DNA from: a virus
Lineage: Duplodnaviria > Heunggongvirae > Uroviricota > Caudoviricetes
Length of the DNA: 10,740 bases
Virus record (IMG/VR): IMGVR_UViG_3300023174_004816
Coordinates: 64,001 to 74,740 of that record
Reading direction: 5' to 3' (one strand)
The translations under genes were made by a program, and so were the position numbers. Below, piece after piece: positions 1 to 5,926 of the stretch. The notes beneath the pieces were generated by a model. The model was given only the letters and a program-made list of their open reading frames with translations, was not told the origin of the DNA and made no database searches. Numbering within the stretch: position 1 is the first letter of the stretch; each line of letters opens with the position of its first letter.

Positions 1-10
1 CAGCGAAGAT

Positions 11-1009
11 GTGATTGAAAAAGCCGTCAAATCACTGAAGGCCAGACTTGGTGGTGTGCCTTACAGCCAAGAACACTTTGGGCGTCTAGAACTGATTGTT
101 CCAGATTTGATTGATATCAACATTGATATCCAACGTCTATTGGAAAAAGCACACATCGGTGGCAACATCATTGACTTGTTTGATCCTCGTATCATGCAAC
201 CCTTGAACGTGATCTATATCAAAGAAACTGGTCGTTACAGCGCCTGGGAGGGACAACAGAGTGGAACAGGTTGGGTTCTGTTGATGCATTTTGGCTTGAT
301 TGAGCCAGGTACGCTGATCCAGTGCAAGGTTGTAGATGATGATCTCGAGGTGCCCGGATCTACGCTTCGCGGCGAAGCAGTGGGCAACTATGGTTTCCGT
401 TGCATCAATTACAAAGGTCGCAAAGAGCCTGATTTGTTTTATATCTTCCGTAGCATGGTCAATGGTGTGCGACTCTATGACAGCGAGCTTACTGAAGACC
501 TGCAGGCCAATGACATCCAAACCATGCTACAAGAACATCACATGTTCGCCGCCCCAGGTGTAGAAGCACAAGGCACACGTGGCAAACCGGGCATGGTCAC
601 GCACATCAGTAGTGTGTTGAAAATTGCCGGGCATGGCACTGAGCAAGAACACTTTGATGTGACCAAGGCTGACCTAGATTGGGTCTTGAAATGGCACGAT
701 CAGTTCTATGCCAGTGAAAAAGGTGTAGACGGTGGCTATTTGATTACCTTTGGTAGGTTCGTGGTACTGTGCCGCAATCAAGGTATCAAGATTACCAAAC
801 AGCACGAGATTGAATTTTATCAGCATATGAAACGCTACGGATCTCCCAAGGCATTTCATCAAGACTGTCAGCAACGCTACAAAAAGTGGGCTGGTTCTGG
901 ATGGAAGGATGCTTGCCTGTTGCCTATCTGGATCAAAGATTACATGAAAAAAGGTGGAACATTGACTTTGCCTACAGTGCCAAATTATGATGAATACAAA
1001 TCTCTCTGA
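11..1009 (+). CDS. ParB/Srx-like N-terminal domain protein (DGQHR/DGQQR-like family); probably 5'-truncated by the window edge
   Basis: The frame is open from position 2 with no upstream stop. The N-terminal pattern DIQRLL..HI..I...FDPR...P..V.....Y..WEGQQS resembles the ParB/Srx-fold motif (DGQHR in DndB-like, DGQQR in DUF262 proteins). Confidence 0.5.
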   Translation: MIEKAVKSLKARLGGVPYSQEHFGRLELIVPDLIDINIDIQRLLEKAHIGGNIIDLFDPRIMQPLNVIYIKETGRYSAWEGQQSGTGWVLLMHFGLIEPGTLIQCKVVDDDLEVPGSTLRGEAVGNYGFRCINYKGRKEPDLFYIFRSMVNGVRLYDSELTEDLQANDIQTMLQEHHMFAAPGVEAQGTRGKPGMVTHISSVLKIAGHGTEQEHFDVTKADLDWVLKWHDQFYASEKGVDGGYLITFGRFVVLCRNQGIKITKQHEIEFYQHMKRYGSPKAFHQDCQQRYKKWAGSGWKDACLLPIWIKDYMKKGGTLTLPTVPNYDEYKSL

Positions 1010-1355
1010 ACTCTACAACTTTTATCTGTGGCGCCATACCTATGTGGATGATGATACAGGTGCTGTGATCTGTCGTACTTGCTTTGGAATCACCAGCAAC
1101 TTGGATGGCAGGCAAAATGGATATGAAGGTCATGTGGGTCATACCATACATTGGGCCGCTCTTTGGCAAGGTTCTGAACGTCCTATACGTGAGCTAGAAC
1201 ACCGTCTTAAAGACGCATTTAGAGACTATCTCGTAGCAGGTCATAATGACTATGTTTATGAATGGGTGGATGAAAATGTGCCCTTTGAAAATATACGCAA
1301 CTGGGTAGAGTGGGAAGTCGAAAACACCTTTGCTGATATTTCTAAGGTACTGTAG
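987..1355 (+). CDS. Hypothetical protein, possibly GIY-YIG superfamily (T5orf172/MUG113-like)
   Basis: 122-aa ORF overlapping the upstream CDS by 23 nt. The pattern FYLW...FGITSN..GR...Y...E..LK..F...EW resembles T5orf172-type domains. The CDS is well supported, the family call is tentative. Confidence 0.45.
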   Translation: MMNTNLSELYNFYLWRHTYVDDDTGAVICRTCFGITSNLDGRQNGYEGHVGHTIHWAALWQGSERPIRELEHRLKDAFRDYLVAGHNDYVYEWVDENVPFENIRNWVEWEVENTFADISKVL

Positions 1356-1375
1356 GTTAGTGCTCACTAACTTAG
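1354..1375. repeat. Palindromic element copy 1 (AGGTTAG-tgctca-CTAACTTAG)
   Basis: The core GTTAGTGCTCACTAAC (1356-1371) has 7-bp perfect inverted arms. The same 16 flanking nt recur at 1876 and 3653. Confidence 0.9.
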
Positions 1376-1378
1376 AGG

Positions 1379-1408
1379 TTGACCAGAAACACCCATTTCG
1401 GCTATAAT
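1379..1408 (+). promoter_or_regulatory. sigma70-like early promoter (cassette 1)
   Basis: TTGACC(1379)-18 nt-TATAAT(1403), then an AT-rich leader, SD AAGGAG (1426-1431) and ATG at 1437. Confidence 0.85.
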
Positions 1409-1436
1409 ATGGGTATTGTTTAATTAAGGAGATGGT

Positions 1437-1892
1437 ATGGGAACTCGTTCTGTTATTGGTGTCATGCACGGTGATGTCTGCAAAGCAGTCTACTGTCACT
1501 GGGACGGTTATCTAGATCACAACGGTCGCATCTTGCAAGAACACTATGATTCTGTCAAAGCCAATCATCTTGTGAGCCTGGGCGATATCTCCAGCCTGCG
1601 CCCAGAGATTGGCGAGAAGCATGCCTTCAGTCAATTTGAAGGCAACATGGATGGTGCCGAGTACGATCGTCTCTATGGCAACATGACCACATTCTACGGT
1701 CGTGATCGCGGCGAAGAAAATGTTTCCTGGAAAACCCTGACAAATTGGAGCCAGTTTGAAGACTTTTTCAATGGCTGTGGCGCAGAGTATGCTTACATCA
1801 TGCGTGATGGCGTTTGGTATGTCAAACAATACAGCGGTGAGCTTGAATTGCTTGCAGAAGCCCTTGAAAAACAAGAGGTTAGTGCGGACTAA
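1437..1892 (+). CDS. Conserved phage hypothetical protein (MGTRS...YCHWDGY family)
   Basis: 151 aa with promoter and SD directly upstream. The N-terminal MGTRSxIG...YCHWDGY motif is one I recognise from phage hypotheticals; function unknown. Confidence 0.85.
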   Translation: MGTRSVIGVMHGDVCKAVYCHWDGYLDHNGRILQEHYDSVKANHLVSLGDISSLRPEIGEKHAFSQFEGNMDGAEYDRLYGNMTTFYGRDRGEENVSWKTLTNWSQFEDFFNGCGAEYAYIMRDGVWYVKQYSGELELLAEALEKQEVSAD

Positions 1893-1897
1893 CTTAG
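1876..1897. repeat. Palindromic element copy 2 (AGGTTAG-tgcgga-CTAACTTAG)
   Basis: Same invariant arms as copy 1. It contains the TAA stop (1890-1892) of the upstream CDS. Confidence 0.9.
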
Positions 1898-1900
1898 GGG

Positions 1901-1930
1901 TTGACCAAAAAATCCGTTTTCGGCTATAAT
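1901..1930 (+). promoter_or_regulatory. sigma70-like early promoter (cassette 2)
   Basis: TTGACC(1901)-18 nt-TATAAT(1925), SD AAGGAG ending at 1954, ATG at 1961. Confidence 0.85.
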
Positions 1931-1960
1931 GTATGTATAGTTAATAAAAAGGAGCGAAAA

Positions 1961-2227
1961 ATGGTTGGACTAACAGTTATTCAAGGTGATACAATCCGTG
2001 CCTATGACTTCAAGCCAATGCTGGGTCGTGAAGATACTTTTATAGAGGGCGAAGTGATTGATGCCCACAACAATGAAATGGGCTTTCAAGCCTACAAGAT
2101 CCGCGTGACCAACGACTCATGGAGAGACGGTGATGACGACAAAGGTCGTATTGGAGTTGAATATTTTGTGCCTTGGAGAGTGAGCTTCAATGAGTTTCAA
2201 GGTCGCATCATGAATCTGAGCCGTTGA
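1961..2227 (+). CDS. Phage hypothetical protein (88 aa, beta-rich)
   Basis: Start reassigned from the track's TTG 1901 (which is the -35 box) to ATG 1961 behind a strong SD. Translation begins MVGLTVIQGDTIRAYDFKPM. Confidence 0.8.
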   Translation: MVGLTVIQGDTIRAYDFKPMLGREDTFIEGEVIDAHNNEMGFQAYKIRVTNDSWRDGDDDKGRIGVEYFVPWRVSFNEFQGRIMNLSR

Positions 2228-2232
2228 TTTGG

Positions 2233-2261
2233 TTGACCAGAAATTGCCCATTTTGTACAAT
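2233..2261 (+). promoter_or_regulatory. sigma70-like early promoter (cassette 3, no upstream palindrome)
   Basis: TTGACC(2233)-17 nt-TACAAT(2256). The spacer AGAAATTGCCCATTTTG nearly matches that of cassette 4. SD AAGGAG ends at 2285, ATG at 2292. Confidence 0.85.
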
Positions 2262-2291
2262 ATTGATATAGTAAATAAAAAGGAGTTGGAC

Positions 2292-2633
2292 ATGGAATAC
2301 ACAGCAGAACAGATTCAAAACATTTTGATCGAAGCAAAAACTGAAGCTCGTCAAGCCGCTGAAAAATACTTTCAGGAGAAGCTGGGTGGCAAAGATCAAT
2401 ATGCCTGTGGCTTTGCTTGGGTAGACATTTTTGGCATCAAAGGCAATACCCGTCTTGGTAAAGCATTCAAGGCCGCCGGTGTACGTAAGAGCTACTCTGG
2501 CAGTTTTCAAATTTGGAATCCTGCAGATTTTGGTTGCCAGAACATTGACACCCTCGAAGCTGGTGCTGAAGCGGCCGCCAAGGTGTTTGAACGATATGGT
2601 TTCCGTGCATACGCAGGTAGCCGACTAGATTAA
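2292..2633 (+). CDS. Conserved phage hypothetical protein (CGFAWV ... SRLD family, 113 aa)
   Basis: ATG 2292 follows a strong SD. CGFAWV and the C-terminal EA.AEA.A.V....G..A...SRLD pattern are recurrent in phage hypotheticals. Confidence 0.85.
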   Translation: MEYTAEQIQNILIEAKTEARQAAEKYFQEKLGGKDQYACGFAWVDIFGIKGNTRLGKAFKAAGVRKSYSGSFQIWNPADFGCQNIDTLEAGAEAAAKVFERYGFRAYAGSRLD

Positions 2634-2683
2634 GGCTGTAATGGGGTCGTGCGATCCTTGGGGAGCCTTGATACCCCAAAAAC

Positions 2684-2712
2684 TTGCAGTCTATTTTTAC
2701 TGGTTATAGACT
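2684..2712 (+). promoter_or_regulatory. Putative weaker sigma70-like promoter overlapped by an inverted repeat
   Basis: TTGCAG(2684)-17 nt-TAGACT(2707), SD AAGGAG 2738-2743, ATG 2749. The IR TACTGGTT/AACCAGTA brackets the -10 box. Confidence 0.5.
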
Positions 2713-2748
2713 CTAAAGAAAAACCAGTACTTATTTGAAGGAGCCTAA

Positions 2749-2955
2749 ATGAAAGACTACGGAATGTTCACACCGCAAGGCAATGTGTTAGTTGGCCGTG
2801 TGGTCAACGAAGCTCGTCAACAAGGATGGGATTGGAACAAGGTTGAACGACATCTTGTACTGTTATCCAAGGCGCATCCTCGTTCTGCCAGTGAAGCTCT
2901 AGATACCGCAGTGCGAGAAATAGTATATATAGAGTTGAATTTTGATCAGGCCTAA
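2749..2955 (+). CDS. Phage hypothetical protein (68 aa)
   Basis: Strong SD, and it packs 1 nt before the next ATG. Confidence 0.8.
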   Translation: MKDYGMFTPQGNVLVGRVVNEARQQGWDWNKVERHLVLLSKAHPRSASEALDTAVREIVYIELNFDQA

Positions 2956-2956
2956 C

Positions 2957-3289
2957 ATGGATCATCAATTTGTTGTGATGTGGGATTGCAATGGCTTGGA
3001 GTACATTGGCGATGTTACCCTGGCCGAACAGAGTCGTACCTGGTCGGCACTCAAAGGTGAACCAGCCACGGTCAATATTCCCAATTTGATGCATCTCAAG
3101 CTCAGAGCCCAGTATAATATGCAAAGGCATTATGAAATTTATTTTTTCAATGCCACTGATGGTATCACAGCAGAAGACATCCGTGAAATGTTTGAAGCCA
3201 GCCCGCAAACAGCCGCTGACACTATCCGTAGGATAGGTCATTGTTTTCACAGCGATCGGGTCAGAGAGGATGAAGTAAAAATTAGATAA
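2957..3289 (+). CDS. Phage hypothetical protein (110 aa)
   Basis: ATG 2957 lies immediately after the TAA at 2953-2955, suggesting translational coupling. It is preferred over the track's TTG 2942. Confidence 0.8.
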   Translation: MDHQFVVMWDCNGLEYIGDVTLAEQSRTWSALKGEPATVNIPNLMHLKLRAQYNMQRHYEIYFFNATDGITAEDIREMFEASPQTAADTIRRIGHCFHSDRVREDEVKIR

Positions 3290-3301
3290 GGAGGAGAAAG
3301 C

Positions 3302-3499
3302 ATGGTCAAAGTCAAAGCAGGTACTCGTTGGGCAAGTTCAGATGGCAATGTATTTCATGTCATGAGTGTGGCTGAATGCCAGGACGGACATACCTGGGTA
3401 CATTATGAACAAGATAATATCAACGAATCTAAGACTTTTTCATGTTGGATAGACAGTTTTGTTCTCCGCTTCACACCAATCCTAAATGAAGGCCGCTAA
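3302..3499 (+). CDS. Phage hypothetical protein (65 aa)
   Basis: Very strong SD AAGGAGG directly upstream. The stop overlaps the next start (TAATG). Confidence 0.8.
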   Translation: MVKVKAGTRWASSDGNVFHVMSVAECQDGHTWVHYEQDNINESKTFSCWIDSFVLRFTPILNEGR

Positions 3500-3669
3500 T
3501 GAAAGATTCTAATTTTCGCAGATGGTTGCATGAACTGTGGTTACGCAACTGTGACGAGCGCACAGAATATCATCAATTGCCTTATACCCAACAGGAATAC
3601 TTCCGCCAGTACAAATACTGGCTCAAACGCGAGTATCAGCACCAACAAGCACAGGTTAGCAAGCACTAA
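3499..3669 (+). CDS. Small hypothetical protein (56 aa, MKDSNFRRWLHELWLRNC...QVSKH), not in the ORF track
   Basis: TAATG overlap with the upstream stop. It fills the gap exactly and stops at TAA 3667-3669 inside palindrome copy 3. Confidence 0.75.
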   Translation: MKDSNFRRWLHELWLRNCDERTEYHQLPYTQQEYFRQYKYWLKREYQHQQAQVSKH

Positions 3670-3674
3670 CTTAG
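3653..3674. repeat. Palindromic element copy 3 (AGGTTAG-caagca-CTAACTTAG)
   Basis: Same invariant arms as copies 1 and 2. It contains the stop codon of the upstream 56-aa ORF. Confidence 0.9.
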
Positions 3675-3688
3675 CGAGTGCAAAGAGG

Positions 3689-3717
3689 TTGACCAGAAAT
3701 GCCCATTTTGCTATAAT
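3689..3717 (+). promoter_or_regulatory. sigma70-like early promoter (cassette 4)
   Basis: TTGACC(3689)-17 nt-TATAAT(3712), leader ATGAGTATAGTTAAAAAACAGGAG, ATG 3747. Confidence 0.85.
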
Positions 3718-3746
3718 ATGAGTATAGTTAAAAAACAGGAGTTGTT

Positions 3747-4449
3747 ATGTACCACACATATTATCGTCCAAGTTATGCTCGCAAGGCCCAGGCAGTGAAA
3801 ACAGCCCAACCTGCAGTGAGCTATTCTGCTGAAACGGTATGGGGTGCGGCCGCTTATGCTCATCGTATCAATGATGGGTATTTCAAAGTTGACCAATTTG
3901 ATGTCACCCAAGATGGTGCTATGCCTACTAAACGGGCCAACAAGATTGTGATGACTTCTGCACTGGAAGACGCCACAGTGATCACTGATGCAGATCGTGC
4001 CCTGGGCAATGAAGCAAGAGATTTTTTGGCTCAGCAACTCACAGTCAAAACCTTGAAAGGTGCTCTCAGCGATTTTGATCGTAGCATGGCCTACAGTGAC
4101 CATGGACAATCTTTCATCTCGGGATCGTTTGCAACTGGCATTGATTGCCAGCCAGATCCGTGCCTATGAACAGGCCAAAAAAGAATTGGCCACAGCTGAA
4201 CGCATTGACCACACTCGGGGTTACTTGGCTGATGTAGGCGCCAAGGTGCAGGCCCGTGTGGAAGTCACTCGTGTAGTGTATTCGCAGAACTACGGTGTCT
4301 ACTTTGTTTCAGGAATCACTGACACCAATCAAGCGGTGTTCTTCAGTTATCGTGAACGCCAAGATGTAGGCACGTGGTTGACCATCAAGGGTACCGTGAA
4401 AGCACACCGTCCGGATGCTACCCAACTCAGTCGTGTGCGTGTTATCTAA
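3747..4449 (+). pseudogene. Frameshifted gene (ORFs 3747-4169 and 4060-4449), about 233 aa if joined, with a C-terminal OB-fold-like domain
   Basis: One promoter and SD serve the first ORF, and the second ORF has no SD. The two frames overlap between 4057 and 4169. A +1 shift near 4092 gives a continuous plausible protein (...LSDFDRSMA|TVTMDNLSSRDRLQLALIASQIRAYEQ...). The C-terminus (VEVTRVVYSQNYGVYFV...LTIKGTVKAH...TQLSRV) looks like an OB-type beta-barrel. Confidence 0.65.
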
Positions 4450-4458
4450 GGAGATACT

Positions 4459-4584
4459 ATGCAATTCATCATAGGCATATTGATTGGAATCGCGATTGCT
4501 TCAGTGGGGTTTTCTGGAGTGGCCAAGATTTTAGATCGCGGAGTAGATGCAGTAAAAACTCAAACTCAGGAATTAAGTAAATGA
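4459..4584 (+). CDS. Small single-pass membrane protein (41 aa, MQFIIGILIGIAIASVGFSGVAKILD...), not in the ORF track
   Basis: SD AAGGAG at 4448-4453, hydrophobic N-terminus, and an ATGA overlap with the next gene. Confidence 0.8.
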   Translation: MQFIIGILIGIAIASVGFSGVAKILDRGVDAVKTQTQELSK

Positions 4585-4904
4585 ATGATCGTATGTTGGA
4601 TGATGACTTGACTGAAGAAAATTTTGCTTTGGAGCAAGACATTCTAAAATGTTGGAACATGGTTGATGATGTCAAAGACATCTTGGCTGATATACGCCAC
4701 GGTGCCATGAGCGCCGAAGATGCGGTACAGGTGCTTGAAGCCTATGCCGCGGTGTATCAGAATCGATTTGATCGTACCTTTCGTAGGTACGAAACAGTGT
4801 GTCGTGGCTTGCATGAGCTCCGACGTGCTGTCAAAGGCTTTGAACTTGCCCAAATAGCCAGCCCAAAATCTGGCAAAATGAGCAAATCAAAGAGTGCGAA
4901 ATAG
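4581..4904 (+). CDS. Phage hypothetical protein (107 aa, helical)
   Basis: ATGA overlap with the upstream gene. The F.LEQ.I..CW..VDD pattern is one I recognise from phage hypotheticals. Confidence 0.75.
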   Translation: MNDRMLDDDLTEENFALEQDILKCWNMVDDVKDILADIRHGAMSAEDAVQVLEAYAAVYQNRFDRTFRRYETVCRGLHELRRAVKGFELAQIASPKSGKMSKSKSAK

Positions 4905-4905
4905 G

Positions 4906-4934
4906 TTGACAATTAAATCCATTTCGCATATAAT
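4906..4934 (+). promoter_or_regulatory. Perfect-consensus sigma70 promoter
   Basis: TTGACA(4906)-17 nt-TATAAT(4929). Confidence 0.9.
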
Positions 4935-5000
4935 AATGGTATGCTTTAAAAAGGCATGCAGTTTTAAACTTCTCGTTAATCACAATTGAAAGGCAATATT

Positions 5001-5333
5001 ATGGCTACTGATAAACTGTTTACCGTTGCTGGTACCGCTACACAAAATGGTGTTACCAAGGCACGTTTTGCAAACGACATGGTTGCTCGTGTCAAGATCC
5101 TGACCAAGTCAGGTTGCACCAACATCAATCTCATTGAGCTCCCAAAGCCAATGACCAAACTTGAGGCTTTGCAGTATCTGCAAGAGCAAGGTCAAGCAGG
5201 TGATGCTGGTTACGCTGTGGCATCAAAATTGGCTGAGAAAGTCAAAGAAGCCAAAAAAGGCGAGATCAAGGTGGCTGTCAAACCCGCTAAAGCAACTGCC
5301 AAGCAGACTGCTAAAGTGGCTGATGAAGCCTAA
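5001..5333 (+). CDS. Basic, Lys/Ala-rich-tailed hypothetical protein (110 aa), candidate DNA-binding protein
   Basis: ATG 5001 follows GAAAGG. The core reads FTVAG...G..K.RFAND...R.K.L...LPKPMTK and the tail KEAKKGEIKVAVKPAKATAKQTAK. It has its own promoter and terminator. Confidence 0.75.
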   Translation: MATDKLFTVAGTATQNGVTKARFANDMVARVKILTKSGCTNINLIELPKPMTKLEALQYLQEQGQAGDAGYAVASKLAEKVKEAKKGEIKVAVKPAKATAKQTAKVADEA

Positions 5334-5351
5334 TTGCAACTTGCAATCTAC

Positions 5352-5382
5352 AAAAGCGGCTCCAAGTGGGCCGCTTTTTTTT
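5352..5382 (+). terminator. Rho-independent terminator
   Basis: GCGGCTC-caagt-GGGCCGC stem (7 bp including one G-U pair) followed by T8, with A4 upstream able to extend the stem. Confidence 0.85.
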
Positions 5383-5396
5383 GACTACAAACGGAT

Positions 5397-5402
5397 TAAA
5401 TA
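5397..5402 (+). promoter_or_regulatory. Possible T4-like late promoter core (TAAATA)
   Basis: TAAATA lies just after the terminator and 9 nt before an SD-less ATG. It is only a partial match to the T4 late consensus TATAAATA. Confidence 0.35.
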
Positions 5403-5411
5403 ACTATTACA

Positions 5412-5675
5412 ATGGAACAAGATTTTGTCTTTGACATACTAAACGAAGAAGCAGTAAAAGATTTAGTAGTCAACATCTGCTTGGTACTCTCAGAATTTGG
5501 GATAACCGAAGTTCATGTGGGAGGACTCATGCGATTGGTGGGCATTGAGGAAGAGCTCGCGGCCCAGCATGATGATGAACTCATGGTCATTACAGACATC
5601 CAACAACTGCAAAAACAAGCAGGCGACGAATCAGAAATAATTGAAGTAGCACCCCCGGGCACTACTGTACACTAA
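5412..5675 (+). CDS. Acidic hypothetical protein (87 aa)
   Basis: ORF in the track, collinear with neighbours and separated from the next ATG by 3 nt. No SD. Confidence 0.75.
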   Translation: MEQDFVFDILNEEAVKDLVVNICLVLSEFGITEVHVGGLMRLVGIEEELAAQHDDELMVITDIQQLQKQAGDESEIIEVAPPGTTVH

Positions 5676-5678
5676 CCA

Positions 5679-5924
5679 ATGCACTACAACTCGCACTCGG
5701 GCCTTGAGCCCTTATTCATAGTGATCTTCCGAGACTCACAGGCCACTAACTTGCTGAAAGAGTGGGCCAAGAAGAACGGCATAGATCAAAAACATGTGGA
5801 CGACAATCGTTTACGACTATATAATCAACATGGCTGGGACAAATTCAGAACCACTTGGACTCGCTCTTGGGACCGAGTGACAGTATGGGACTGTTGGAAC
5901 CGACGCCACATTGAGATAATATAA
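5679..5924 (+). CDS. Hypothetical protein (81 aa, Trp-rich C-terminus)
   Basis: Tightly packed between neighbours on the + strand. Confidence 0.7.
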   Translation: MHYNSHSGLEPLFIVIFRDSQATNLLKEWAKKNGIDQKHVDDNRLRLYNQHGWDKFRTTWTRSWDRVTVWDCWNRRHIEII

Positions 5925-5926
5925 TT

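Noticed and set aside
1354-1373. Resemblance to the DtxR/IdeR box (TTAGGTTAG-N-CTAACCTAA) or a GTAG-type REP
   Set aside because: The arm spacing is 6 nt rather than 1, and GTAG precedes only copy 1.
1356-1384. Resemblance of CTAAC/GTTAG with an embedded stop codon to integron attC R boxes
   Set aside because: The order is reversed (GTTAG precedes CTAAC), the element is far shorter than an attC site, there are no L boxes, and there is no integrase in the window.
1354-3717. Repeats read as a CRISPR array
   Set aside because: Spacing is irregular and long (332-1456 bp), the repeats are separated by whole genes, the repeats are promoters, and no cas genes are present.
4374-4580. 68-aa + strand ORF in the track, and similar alternative-frame ORFs (336-563, 2431-2628, 3530-3721, 5161-5403)
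   Set aside because: They overlap better-supported genes in another frame and have no SD or protein-like pattern.
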